Assembly: GCF_006345805.1 (NCBI RefSeq)
Contig: NC_042997.1
Location: 34,658,001-34,722,000 of the forward strand
From: Octopus sinensis
Taxonomy: Eukaryota
Reading direction: 5' to 3'
Length of the DNA stretch: 64,000 nucleotides
Positions 35,968 to 51,290 of the stretch are shown one piece after another. The notes under the pieces were generated by a model. That model made no database searches and was not told where the DNA came from. It was given only the letters and a program-made list of their open reading frames with translations. Every line of letters begins with the position of its first letter. Within the stretch, counting starts at the first letter, position 1. The position numbers and the translations under genes were made by a program.

Positions 35968-36662
35968 GTATATGTATATATATATATGTACACGAATAGT
36001 ATACTTATATTTGTATGTATGCATTTATAACCAAAATAACAGATGTGACAGTTGTCATTATTACAAATATGAAAAAAATTGTCTGTACTACTATTCAAAC
36101 CTCAAACTACTTACAGGCTGAGTATAAAATGAGATGAATGATACAACTTTGTTATATCATATTACAAACATTTCATATCAATTCCGCCATATATTCTCTT
36201 AAATATAAAAAACAGAACACACTCAAAATTTATTAAAAAAAAATTATACATTTGAACCACGTGAAACACATTTAGACAGGAAATCATATGTTATTTCTTT
36301 ACCTGTATTTATTGAAAATTCTTGCAATCGTTTTTTTTGTTTATCATATGTTAGTTTGTACAAAGTATTAATATGGTTCTTTGTTATACCTTTACCATGT
36401 GCAGTGAGAGCATAACAAATATGTTTGCTATCAAAAGTCAGATAGATGCTATATTTGCGTTAAATCATTTGCTAAACGTCTTCGCACGTCTCTTAAAAAT
36501 AAAATACTCATTGCTCGGAATCAACCAAAAATTTCATGTATAAAGTAAATGATAAAATCGCGTATATGTATATGTATATATACATATATATATATATACA
36601 TATATACATGCATATATATGCATATATATATATATATACATATATACATGCATATATATGCA

Positions 36663-36736
<74 letters not shown>

Positions 36737-37491
36737 CATATATTCATATATATGTGTATATATATGAACATGTTTGAACATATATATAAATATAAATATG
36801 TGATTAAAAAATTGACACAAATATTATGTGTAACTTACACATATATGTCTTAATATATTTAATTATATGTTATACGTATGCATATATATTAATATATACA
36901 CAAATATATATACATATATACATGCATATATATGCATATATAAACAAATTTATTCTCATTCTGTATATACATGCATATTACACACGTTTAAATGTAAGAT
37001 AGCATATGTATGTGTCTGTGTATGCAGGGATGTGATTGCGTAATATACGTAAACATTATGCGTATATTTATATACTTAAGCTTCTCACTAATATACATAC
37101 CCATTCATTCACACATAGACACATTATAAATAACATTATAAATAACACTATAACTATTATATGAATTATTTCAAACAATATATGGACATAAAGAAGACCA
37201 CAGATCCATATATAGTCATATGCTTGCTGACGTTCATATAGACATCCATACATATGTTTTAATAATATACATACACTTGTGTAAGGGAATATACATATGT
37301 ACATTTTCAATATGTATATATAGGTATGTATATATGCATATACACACACACAAACACATATATATAAATGTATATATATACACACTCATGCTTACGTGTA
37401 TAATATACACGTACTCCTAATACATATACACATATATGTATACTTTTATATATATGTATATATATATGCATATATATATATATATATACAC

Positions 37492-37595
<104 letters not shown>

Positions 37596-38032
37596 GTAGT
37601 TTTATGAGCTCGGTTCACTCAAATACACACATTTCCAAGCATAAATAACGGTGCAAATATGTTTATTTGTGTATACATTTGCTTCTGAGTTTCAATGTTT
37701 TGGTCTGAATATATCTAAATTATGTGAATTATAATAGTGAACTTCTTTATGTATATATTCATATGTGTATCCATGCCTCCACTCGTATATAAATCGATAT
37801 ACATAACCTGTTTATAATTGTGCAAATATTCCATATCAGCTTATATGTATATATGTATATCTACATACATTCATACAGATACACACCTACAAAGACACAC
37901 ACTCACACATACACGCTTATATATATATACTCACACGTGCACACACACATATATATGTATATATATGTATATATTTTAATGTAAATCTATTTGCATACAC
38001 GCCCACTCCTGTGTACGGCATAAATATATATA

Positions 38033-38118
<86 letters not shown>

Positions 38119-38474
38119 TTATGTGTATGTATATATATACACATACATAAATAAATATTAAATCGTATATATATATATATATACGTATATATATATATAT
38201 ATATCTATATATATATATACACATATTTATACATTTATATATGTACATTTATCTATATAATAAACATGTTATTATATAACATGTTTATTAATATGTAAAT
38301 GAAAGTATATTTAGCGATATATATATATATTTGTATATATATATATATATACATATGTATACGTGTCTATATATATATATATATATATGAATGTGCAACT
38401 TAACTTATCAGTTATCAATTATACAGATGATATATTTCTAATTGTATTACGTTTCTTGTGCATATGTACTTATG

Positions 38475-38507
<33 letters not shown>

Positions 38508-38540
38508 GTATATTATGTGTATTTAGACATATATATATGC

Positions 38541-38582
<42 letters not shown>

Positions 38583-39060
38583 GCATATAGATAGTTACAT
38601 ATTTTCTTTCAAAAATGTTTACGCATATTTACTTTTATTTAAAAGCTTCTTGTAGACCTGGTTTAGCAAAACAATCCAATCGAGCATAAAATCTCAACGT
38701 AAGTCAATTGTAATGAGATATCTTTTGAAGCAGTCTGATGCAGTCTGTGTCTTAATTGTTTTATAATCCATTATATATGAACCAGGATAGAAAAAAAAGG
38801 ATCACAATGAAAAAAAAATAACACAAGTATTCGTTATAGTAAACAGAAACAGGGAAGCATTAAAAATCGGTATTTTTTTGTTTTACAAAAAAAAAAAAAA
38901 TTAATAACTTATGTATCAAATTTAAATCCCGTTAGTTATCAACATGAATAAAATTTCATCCAACGTAAACGAAAACGAAGTCCTTGTTTCAATTGTTATC
39001 TTGTTTATATTTATTTTCAGTTCTGTGTTATGCAACTGTTCTGGTTTTCATATCTGAAGT

Positions 39061-39061
<1 letters not shown>

Positions 39062-39132
<71 letters not shown>

Positions 39133-39157
39133 GTAGTAGTAGTAATAATAATAATAA
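39062..39157. repeat. (TAA)n microsatellite
   Basis: Direct reading; others at about 41285-41348, 42005-42200, 44493-44580 and 47583-47720. Confidence 0.95.
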
Positions 39158-40043
39158 TTCTTATTATTATCAATGTGAAAGGGCTTATATATATATATAT
39201 TGTTTCGAAATTATAATTTCCATGTAATAATATTTACTGTTAAGATCCATGAGAACTAAGCAAAATGTCTTCATATTCTTCATTCAGTTTTATGAGAAAT
39301 AAAAAAGGTACAATACAGATTTCATCACCCCTCTTACAACACATGTTCATCTTGAAAAGTTTTCATCATTCGAATTTCCCATCATAATTGTAAATAATTT
39401 TTAATGGGTAGATTTCTTTATTTCTTTTTTTACATTCTTTGGCGTGTAAAAAATCACATCTATATGTCACAAAGATGGCGTCTCTTCATTTTACAATGGC
39501 GTTTACATTTTACTCACAACATGTAAATTACAATTTAAGTTTTTGCCATACGCGTTTGTCGCACCCGCTTTTTCTTTGGTTTGTAATTCTTTCCAATATT
39601 AATGGCATTGATATTAATATTGCGAGGCCATGATCATATTCGAATCGGACAGAATCCATGGTCTATTTTATGTAACATTTTATGATTTTATAATGCTGTC
39701 AAAAATCATCATAATAATTCATTTAAAATAATTCTGTAAAGTTTCTCGTAAAAGGAAGGTTCATTTAGAACTCTAAATAGAGATAAAACACAAAGAAGCT
39801 TTTAGAAAACAAAAAGCGATCGAAGTAACCCACAACATAATTCCATTGCTTATCATCATCATGTAATGTTAATTTTAAAACAAACATATAATTAAAAATG
39901 TAACATAAATATAGTACAGGGACACTCACACACGCCCACGCGTACACATGCATATAAATACATATATATATATACGTTTACTTATATATATGTGTGTGTT
40001 TGTGATATTAATATATATATATATATATATATAATATATAAAT

Positions 40044-40108
<65 letters not shown>

Positions 40109-40115
40109 TATATAA

Positions 40116-40164
<49 letters not shown>

Positions 40165-40490
40165 ATAATATATATATATATATTAAATATATTATATATA
40201 AATATATATATATATTATATATATATATATACATACACACACACATACACACACACAGACACACACCCATATATATATATTCATACACAAATATTATTTC
40301 AGAAATTGCTTATAATATAATAAAATATGGTGGTGCGTGCTACTACATATAAAACCTAATTGTCCATACATGTCGATAGATATGTAGGTTCGTATGATTT
40401 ACGTAGGAGTATATTCATGACTTTATGCTTTTATGGGATAATATATTGGCGTGCGGTTATACGAATTTGTATATGAATGCTAATATTGTT

Positions 40491-40552
<62 letters not shown>

Positions 40553-41287
40553 CATACATATGTGTGTGTGTGTGTATGTGTGTGTGTGTGCGCGTGTGCG
40601 TGTATTCCTGTGTGAAAATATTATACATTTTTCCAAGACACAATAAGTGTTTTTCATAGTTGTAATAGAACTATAGAAGTAGATCTATTTTGTGGATGAT
40701 GCAAATATCAAAGAAGGGAACAGTTCCCCCTTCTGTAGCATCATGTAGCGATAGTACATCGCCTTGTTAATTTTCTATGATTGTCACTATTTCAGCTAAG
40801 TAAACTTAATCAGTAATCCCGAAATAACGAAATCTACAGCAACTATATTAAGCGTAACAATATTATTATCAACAGTAATATTATTATCTATTGTATTCTC
40901 ATTACTATAATTAGTGGTCAAAATGTTAATTGTTACATTAGTTATTTGGATAAGAGTTCTTCTGTATTTAGTTCTTAATTCAAATATTGCCTCAGTTCGC
41001 TGTAACTTAATTTGGTGAAACCTATTTCAATGATTTTCGCAGTATGAAAAGAAAAGTTATTGTTTCTTTAGATATTGAACTCTGAACGTAAGAGTTACAG
41101 AGAAAAAATGTTATGTGGAGTATTAAATTACTATTCCTCTCTGATGTGCAGCACCTCTGCATCCTTGGTTTGAGGGGACAAAATGAAAGAAAAGAATTAT
41201 ATGAAAAGGAAACAATTAGAAGCGGGATAATTTAATTACCATAATCATTAACAATATTATTTATGTATTGGACTACATTTATAATGT

Positions 41288-41350
<63 letters not shown>

Positions 41351-42072
41351 GTAACGATAATAACAAGCAACAACAATGACTTCAAAAATAACGCGGCGGC
41401 TAAAAACAACGTTATAGTAACAATGAAATCAATTTGTATAAGATGATGATGATAATACTAACACTAATAATATAATAATAATAATAATAATAGTAATAAT
41501 AATAATAGTTATAATAATAATAATAATAATTATACTTATAATAATAATAATAATAATAATAATAGTAATAATGATGATATTAATAATCTCCTCAATAATG
41601 GATAAGCAAAAATGCTATTTCCGTGGTTAGTAATCTATATGGCGGATATTTTTAAATTTCGGCTTCGAACATTTAAGTTTTTCCTCATCCCACTGACTCT
41701 CTACAGTTATTCCTATGACCAAGTTATAATGATAGTGTTGATGATGAAGATTAAGACGATGATCAACACGAAATCTATCAATATCGTTTTTGTCATCGTG
41801 ATAACAAAATCCACCATCATCATCATCATCATACATGAACTGCTGATTGATCATCATATCACCATTACATATATCACTGATATATCGACATCTTCAACAC
41901 TTCCGTACTAGTTATCGTATAGATCATATCAATCAATCTATATCGTTGTCTTTATCTTTCTAATGATGATGATCATGATGTTCATGATTCAGTAATTAAT
42001 AAGAAATATTATTATTATTATTATTATAATTATAATTATATTTATTATTATTATAATTATTACTACTACTAC

Positions 42073-42113
<41 letters not shown>

Positions 42114-42454
42114 TTACTACTACTACTATTATTATTATTATTATTATTATATTATTATTATTATTATTATTATTATCATTATTATTATTATTATTATTAT
42201 TACATGCGTACCTATATCTGTGTGTGTATAAGGACAGGCTGAAATCCATTATAGATACTATTAGAGATATTACATTCTTCCCTTAAACCATTTTTTTATC
42301 ACCATTTGACATGTTCTAACGTTAATAATGTCTTTTTTTCTAAATATAGTGTGAGCGATGTCATATCTCTTCAAGCAGAAATCAGCACAACAGCTTTTCT
42401 CACTATTAAAGATATTTCTATTCATACTAAAACATTTAAGCTTTCTAGCCATCA

Positions 42455-42808
42455 ATATACCATACCTATAGTTGTCGACATCATAAATTTCATCAGTATA
42501 ATCTCTGTCATCATCATCATTATAATCATCACTGTCGTTATCATCGTCACCGTCCTTCCTCTCTTCTGTCTTGTATCTCATTGGTTTTTCAAATTTTACG
42601 CCACCTACATCATGATTGTCTTCTATATCACTTTCCTTACAGCCGTCTCCTCCCTTCCACGCCTTCATGATAACGGCCGCCACCAAAACAAGAGCTATTA
42701 CGTCTGTCGTCATCATTCTCACTATTATCATCATCATCATCATAATTGTTGTCGTTGTCGTCACCGTCGTCATGGTCATCATCATCATCGTCATTATCCT
42801 TTCTTTTC

Positions 42809-42860
<52 letters not shown>

Positions 42861-42915
42861 TTCTTCTTCGTCTTCTTCTCCTTCTTCTTCTTCTTCTTCT
42901 TCTCCTCCTCCTTCT
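42455..42915. repeat. Compound (ATC)/(GTC)/(TTC) trinucleotide low-complexity tract
   Basis: Direct reading; produces poly-S, poly-F and poly-I ORFs. Confidence 0.85.
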
Positions 42916-44489
42916 TCCGTTTGTATTATTTTTTTAATATTTTACTTTCCATTCTAACCCATTCACAGCTATTTAAGGAATTAGTGAGATATATGTTTAA
43001 AACCTGCCTTATATCTAGCAATATAAAAATTCCAATCTTTTAAAGAGCATAACTCGGATAACATACTGGAATTCTGAAACAGAGCATGAGAAATGTACAT
43101 AGAATTTGTGTATATTCCGACTTATCCCTTGTGCATATGTGATATGTCTGAAAGGAACTAGCTAGAGCGGGTATTGATAACGCTCTACCAGAAAATCGCA
43201 TTCGAATATCAGTTACCTTCTCAATAAAGAGTAAGTGTTGGTAATTGGATGCTCAAAAGACTAGCAAAATTTCCCTACTGTTCGAATGTTTTGATTCAGC
43301 CAAATTTGATTACATACTTTACTCCGCAGTCGGGTACATAATGTGCTAGGTTTTGATACAAATGGTTATATCTGCATACTGCTAAGAAATGCCTTGTCTA
43401 AGATATAGTCATGGTTCTATAGTTTTATTTAGGTATCCACAATAACGTACCAGCCTATCCGTCAAAGTTTACCCGATGACATTGCAGGAAAAATAACTTC
43501 ATGTTATCCCTATTAGAAAATAATGTACTCCCGTTTGAGATCGTCCATTAAATATCAGGTGTTTTCTATAACGTCAAATACACGCTATATAAAACACACC
43601 AACATATTTATATACAAACACTTATATAGATCTATATGTACACGCTTATTACTTTCTGAAACTTCACATTTAAAAATTAAGGCTTAGGCGTGGTTGTCCT
43701 GTAAGGAGGTTAATATGTGATTCAAAGAAAACTTCAGCTTGCCTATACAGATATGTATAGTCATAGAAATCTTTCTAAGAGTAGCTAACAATATTTAGTT
43801 ATTGTTATCTCAGTTTCTTTAAGAATACTGACAATCATGATAAATAGTAATATGAATAAGCGTTACACTAATGACCTAATATATATTACCAGTGGAATTA
43901 CCATTGTATGAATATGATGACCGACACCATGTATATTATCGTTATTTTTGTCAAAGATGATGTGGGATTCGTAGTTGATGATAATATGTCTGATGGCACT
44001 TCAGGAGAGGAAGGACGAAAGAGGAAATATTTACGATGAAAGCAATTATAGTTGTAATTGTGTCTTCTATACCTGTAATGGTGGCGATGATGATGGCAAT
44101 GCTGTTAATATAAAGTAATGAACTTGATGAAGAAGTAAATATCTCTCTTAAGTTAGTAATTCGGAATTTTACATCGATGTGCAATTAAAAAGAAATAAGG
44201 AATAAGGGAACACAAAAAAAGATAAGGGGAGATAAGTGGAGAGAGGGAGAGAGAAAGAGAGTGTGATAGGGAGAGATAGAGAGGGAGAGGAAATAACATA
44301 GTTGCAAAGCGATTCTTCACCATGTGATTTTTCAGTTAATAATGATGTAAATTTACAGTTAAAACGATAACCTACACATTTGACTGATACATTGTATCTA
44401 TGACATTGCTATGTAGTTCTATGTATATTATTATTGTAGTTCTATGTATATTGATAAATGCAAACATATTTAACACGTTCTATAAATGA

Positions 44490-44565
<76 letters not shown>

Positions 44566-45573
44566 ATTATTATTATTATTATCTCGTTGATTTAAATGGA
44601 TTGTGTTTTATCTCCGTTTTTAACTGCTGTCTTTCTTTCACATAACGCTTTTAAAAGAAATATAATGAAAATTGGTGAATGCAGAAAAGAAAATATAATA
44701 ATGATAATTAAAAAATTATTAAATTAGTTGAAAAACAAACAATGTTCATTGTTTTCGCTCTCTCTGTAAATTGACCTAATTTTGGTCTGTTAAATCATAT
44801 TATTATTCCATTTTTTATTTACTGACATTTTATTCACAATTCTTGTTCAACATCGAAAAATGTCCATAAATTTTGAGAATTGTTTATCTTTATGAATTCA
44901 TATTTTGTTTAATTCAGCGAAAAATTTTGACTTCAGTTATCTAAGTTTTACGAGCAATGATTTGTCCACTCTTAATTTTTTTGTTACTTTTCAAACTTCC
45001 CACGAGTTTCCGAAGCTGTATTTTTCGTTAAATTTTAACAATCTGTTTAATATATAACAATAAACTAAAAACATGGTTAATAAAATGACATCATTGTTTC
45101 CTTCTTTCTTTTTTGAAGTTTTTCTTTTTTCATTGATTGGAATTTTATAACATACGTGACCAGTAACGCCGTAACTAAAGGTGGTTTCAGTCATAATTGG
45201 AAAGGAAACATAGAAATCAAACAACAGTAACAGCAATATTAATATTAATATTAAAAATAATTAAAAATAAACATGAAGATGATGATAGTCATAGTAATAA
45301 TAATTCTAACTGTATAACATAATTATTAAGAACTATATTCATTTTGCATTCTTAACGAGTAAGAATTTGTGTGGATGCCTCATGGCTGTTTAACAAACCA
45401 AAACTTTCTCATGTTCTTGCGTATGTATTCCTTTCTTGTATACTTAAGAAGCCCAGTTTTGGTGACTGACATAAAACTTCCTCTAGCAATTTAGGTGCAT
45501 TGTCCCACAATTAGACCATGAATTTATATTTTTCTTTTCATTTTTACTCCAATAGAATTTTAAAAACATTATT

Positions 45574-45903
45574 TCAAGGTCCTTGGAAAAAAACTGTTAA
45601 AGTTACGGTTATTGTGAGTCCTAGAAATATAAGGAGAAGTACTCTGTCTATAATCAAGGCCAGCTGTTGCCATTCCTGTTTGATGAGGTCACGTCGGTCT
45701 TGCTCAGCCAGTCTCATTTCATTGCGTTCAATGGTTTGATAGACTTTTTGGAGGACACGCATGAATTGCCTTTCGAAAGTCTCGCTGGCTGTAGCCGAAG
45801 CCGATGGATTCAATTTGCGAATAAACCTTGGGGAAAGTCGGCCATTTTCAGGAAGTTTGTCGGTATCAAAACGTCTATAATAATCCGCTACAGGGGCTGC
45901 AGG
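45574..45903 (-). CDS. Terminal coding exon of a nicotinic acetylcholine receptor-like Cys-loop channel subunit (end of M3-M4 loop, MA helix, TM4)
   Basis: Acceptor tttctttttcgtttcag|CCT (phase 0). Translation ..FERQFMRVLQKVYQTIERNEMRLAEQDRRDLIKQEWQQLALIIDRVLLLIFLGLTITVTLTVFFQGP*, containing the EW-x-x-x-A-x-x-x-DR + TM4 signature of nAChR subunits. The subunit identity cannot be determined from this exon. Confidence 0.9.
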   Translation of the reverse strand, partial: PAAPVADYYRRFDTDKLPENGRLSPRFIRKLNPSASATASETFERQFMRVLQKVYQTIERNEMRLAEQDRRDLIKQEWQQLALIIDRVLLLIFLGLTITVTLTVFFQGP

Positions 45904-47656
45904 CTGAAACGAAAAAGAAAATAAGAACACGAATTAATACAATTCAAATACTCTATTCTCTGTAGAGAAGTAAACTATTATTCTAAAAAGGCAATATTGA
46001 GATTTTTTTGTGATATACGTAAAAATATGTAAATCTCCAAATAACACCCTGCAATCTTCAGAGAAGAAGATAAATTTATTAGCATCGCCGCAAAAAAGAA
46101 TGACAAGATGGAAAGATCACGGCTGGTGCACGAATTTTTATGTACGTCGGATTAGAACTGGCATGGGCTAAAAATTGTAGTCATCATGATTAATAATAAT
46201 TATTAGCCTGGTATGTTCTATATCTAAGAGATGAGGAATTATGTACGCAGAGATAAATTTTGTTTCAGATCATTTAACATTAAAACGAACAAAGAAGACA
46301 AGGATAGAATCCACACAACACAACACGCACACACACGCATACAAATACACACATAAACACACACATACGCGCAGACATATGGTCGTTTGCAGCAAACTTT
46401 CTGATAATGGAGAGGAGGAGGAAACTTTCAAGTCCTTGTCAACATTTTCCTTGTAAAAATTAATGTGTACTTTAATAAGAGGTATTGAATAATTCTTTAG
46501 ATATTATTAAATTGGTTTTAAGTATGGCTTGTTAGAAACACACACACACGCTCGCACATACAACCACATACACACACACGCGCTCGCTCATACAGCCACA
46601 TACACACACATATACATTCTTGCATACATATAGTGTGAATATATATGTATATATATAAATACTATAAAACCATCAAAATCAAAAATCGTATCTATTACAA
46701 ACCACAAGTTTACACAGCTAAGTATACACTGAAAATGCGAGTTGTTAACCAAATTTATTCCTTATTCATTCAAAAATATTATTACTTCGTACATTCCCGA
46801 GAACACTTTGGTAATTAATATTTTAGTGCTAAACAGTTTTTGGCTTAATAATTTGCCGTACCAAATTTCATGTATTCAAAACCAAGTGTTCATTTTCTAC
46901 ATACCAGAACTATTATTGTATCATCTAAACCTTTTAATTTAACTGAAAGCTTAAACCTTGAACTTATTCCATATTAAAACAACGTGTAATCATTCAAATA
47001 ATAAAATCTCTACTCATTTCTATTGTTAAATCAACTTCACTACCTATTATCCCAGATCTTATTTTCAATGCTGCGTACATACTATTCATTTAATAAGGCG
47101 TACAGATTTCTACACACGGTAAAACAATGAGCTTCTTGTTGGCTTTAAACTGTTCCTAATTACATGGCTTTACACGAAATACACGAATTTTAACTTGATG
47201 GAAAAGCATCAGACTTACTATATGAATTAGTAACCAAACATTCATTACATACCTCAGTCGTAACATCTAGATAATTTATTTTAATAACATCCTAAACATT
47301 TTACTGGCTTCTAAATCCCTATTAAATACACTCGAATGATGAAAAATAAGGAACGGATAAATCCTCAATATATCTAGATACATTAATTTTCCTAACCAAA
47401 CTTGTTTCCCCTTTTATGATCCTTTTAGAAAACTAAACCACATGCTATGCTAAATAAGATGCGCTAAAAGAGGACTACAATTAGCCACTCCACTTGGCGT
47501 TGCCTCTAAACTGTTTTAAAATATGTTTGTGAATGAAACATACACGTTACACTTAGTAACACTGCAACTCTTTCCACTTTTATAATAATAATACTAATAC
47601 TACTACTAATAATAATAATAAAAATAAAAATAATAATAATGATAATAATAATAATA

Positions 47657-47710
<54 letters not shown>

Positions 47711-48112
47711 TAATAATAATACTATACCCATAGTATCTAATATTAGATGAGAACGCTTCCTCATTTTTTATTCAATTACAGATATATTTATTACCAAATA
47801 TCAAATCTAATAGATTAACTGTATCCACACCCACTAGTTTTAAAATTCTATTAGTTGAAGATGATACTTCTGCATTGTCTTGGCCTTCTTCACGTCCTTA
47901 CGCTTTTCTTAGGATTTCAAGCAACACCTGATATTGTGTATCAGAATACACACACGCTACCGCTCTCTCATACACACACACGGACATACAGACACACATC
48001 GATTAAATTTGGGTCTCTCAGTAATAATTCCCATCTTCCTATGCTGGAAGATAAACCAAATTAAACGATGCAAGTGGAACAAATTCGCGGACCAAGAATG
48101 TAAAAATGGTGA

Positions 48113-48145
<33 letters not shown>

Positions 48146-48158
48146 CTCTATCTCTCTC

Positions 48159-48282
<124 letters not shown>

Positions 48283-48305
48283 CATGAATACACGCACACA
48301 GACAC

Positions 48306-48341
<36 letters not shown>

Positions 48342-50809
48342 TATACATAAAAAACTTATATAACATTATATACGCACCTACGCACAGATATATGTGTATA
48401 TGTGTGCATGTGTGTGTATGCGTATATATATATATATATGTGTATGTGTGTGTGTGTGTATGTATATGTATGTGTGTATGTATCTATGTATGTATATATG
48501 TAGATGTGTCCGTAGTTGTATGTGTGTCTCTGCGTGTTTTTATGTCTATTTAAACGGTGTTTGTCTCAGAGATATCGATACAAAGTATATATGATCTATA
48601 TTTATGTCTATGCTACGATAATATTATGAATTATATGCTCCAGTTAGTCTGTCGTGGTTACTTCACTAAAAGTAAATTGTAATGTCACAATTATCCCGTG
48701 TCTACTCGTAATGACAACGCTCTGTGATAAAGTACATGGAACCATAAGAAGAGATATCCTTTGCACCATGGCAATAGGTGTCTTGAAGTGGACAGAAATA
48801 ATTCTACTCTAAAAAGCCTGTTGCTTCTTAAGTATATATAGTAATCTGGGAAAAGTAATATGCACTATAGTTTATGACATTTCATTATGTGACTGAAACT
48901 AGTATAAGAGGGAAATAATATTACTGGATAATTATGAAAAACGTTATATTTATTATACATTGTTCATTATCTTCTCATAAGTATTTGTAATGCCTTAAAT
49001 TCTACGTGTACTGTATACAGGATATCGCAGTTATTCAACTCGCTAAGTGTTTGCCCATTAGTAAAAGAAATATGCACACGCTTCGTATGGTTATAAATAC
49101 TTGAAAAATTGGCGAACGATTTTTTGAAGGTATTATTCACTTGAAACAAAATATAAAATTCCAATAGATTTCAAACTGTAAATCATGTTTTTTTTCTATT
49201 CTTAATAGATTGAGAAAAACTTAGAGACGATCATATTATCTTATTGGGATTTATTCTTAAAACGAGACTTTGATAATCTATATTGTATTTACTTGTAAAA
49301 TACAAAATACGTTTTAAAGCTTCAACAATGTTTTACTGACAAAAAATCACGCTTCAGTTTAAATTATAATATTGTTAAAATGTAGTTTTTCAAGGATATG
49401 TATTACAAAACATATCACACTATTGTGCAAGAATATAGTTTATACACCTAATATTTCAATATTTGTTATATCATCTGTGTATTTAAAGAAATTCCAATTA
49501 AGCTATGGTGTTAAACTGAACATCGAACAGCAGAGATCCATCTACAATATGCCTTGCATAACCTAACATTTACGTACAAGAATATATCATCATTTAAAAA
49601 TATCTTTTCTTTTTAAAGTACCAGGGTCAACACTTACACGAAATGTACAGAAATTCTGGATATTTTTAGTCAAAAAGAGAAGTAGTTGACATTAATTTGA
49701 GAACAGTTTTTACTCAAGCATATATACGTTGAAGGATTGGCGAAGTTACTTTAGTCGATTTCATTTGACGTTGTCTATTTTATGTAGCTCATCAAGTAAA
49801 TGCCGATGAATAATTTTGACGTACTGAGAGTGAGTAGTTTAATAGAAGTAAATGAGAGACATTCTAAGGAATGAGAGAAGATGGAGAAGATGCATGAGAG
49901 AGAAGAAAGTGAAGTAAAAATATGAACTAACTTGAAAATGGAAGACATCATAATGCATTTGGGTTTGCGAGAAAATGATAAAAACGACTAAACAAAAGAT
50001 AATGGAAAAATATAAGTGAACGAAAGAAATGAACAAAGGTGGTAAGTAAGAGAAGTGTCTCGAATCTAAATGTAGTCATTAAGAAAAAAGAAAGAAAATT
50101 ATTATGTTGTGATTGCTAAGTTAGAGAAGAGAATGTATAGTGGCAATAAAAAAGCAGTGAAGAAGCTGACAATATACGTCAGTTTAAAGAAGTGCAATTA
50201 GAAGACATTTACATCGAATAAAGAACTGAGAGACTATTATTTTCTCCCTGATAAGGATCTGGTTTGAAAGAAGAAATATGTTGCGATTTTATTTGAACAT
50301 TAATGCAGTAGACGCGTTACGTTTCTTTATTTTTATTTTCGCTTTTATGCTATTGCATTATATCAAGCGACAATTTGTTTTGGCATTTGATGTTCAAGTG
50401 CCAAAAGAAGAATAATGTTGACATAGATAAATCTAACAGCTTTAAGAGTACAAGTTACAGCCTGGCTATCATTTGATTCTTGACTGTAAGTATTTTGCCT
50501 TGCACACGTCGCTACATTAATTGAGAAAGGATTGACATAAGCAATATACTTATTTCAAAAAAGAAATTGCATATACTGAGATTATTCATAACATTAATAG
50601 AACGAAAAAAAGCCCTCTTGGGCATTCCAAAGTCTTCAACATAGAAGCTAAGATTAGTTGAGTGAATTTTTTTGGGGAAATATGGACAATGCAGATTGAG
50701 TCAACTAGCGGACACTTCGGAGTTATACTTCTCAGTGAAGTATATTCATTATGTTTATATCTATCTGTCTGTTTGCTAGCCTGCCTGTCTGTCCGTCTAA
50801 CCATTTATC

Positions 50810-50850
<41 letters not shown>

Positions 50851-50854
<4 letters not shown>

Positions 50855-51290
50855 CCGGTGGCACGTAAGAGAACCATCCGAACGTGGCCGTTGCCAGCGC
50901 CGCCCCGACTGGCCTCCGTGCCGGTGGCACGTAAAAAGCACCATCCGATCGTGGCCGTTTGCCAGCCCCGACTGGCCTCCGTCCCGGTGGAACGTAAAAA
51001 GCACCATCCGATTGTGGCCGTTGCCAGCCTCGTCTGGCCCCCATGCCGGTGGCACGTAGAAAGCACCATCCGATCGTGGCCGTTTGCCAGCCTCGTCTGG
51101 CACCTGTGCAGGTGGCACGTAAAAAGCACCCACTACACTCACAGAGTGGTTGGCGTTAGGAAGGGCATCCAGCTGTAGAGACACTGCCAGATCAGACTGG
51201 GCCTGGTGCAGCCTTCTGGCTTCCCAGACGCCAGTTGAACCGTCCAACCCATGCTAGCATGGAAAATGGACGTTAAACGATAATGATGAT
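50851..51290 (+). mobile_element. SINE-like element with 4-5 tandem 62-66 bp units and a (GAT)n tail
   Basis: Unit starts at 50854, 50920, 50983, 51045 and 51108, followed by 'ggttggcgttaggaagggcatccagctg..catgctagcatggaaaatggacgttaaacgataatgatgatgatg'. Confidence 0.75.

Noticed and set aside
42270-43043. 174-aa and 245-aa ORFs
   Set aside because: They derive from trinucleotide low-complexity tracts and have no domain signature.
47830-47930. GC-richer minus-strand segment after 'atcag' as a candidate nAChR loop exon
   Set aside because: All three frames hit a stop within 10 codons and the acceptor is weak. It could only be rescued by assuming a sequence error.
50851-51130. CRISPR-like repeat-spacer appearance
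   Set aside because: The 'spacers' are homologous to each other, there are no cas genes, and the context is a eukaryotic SINE.
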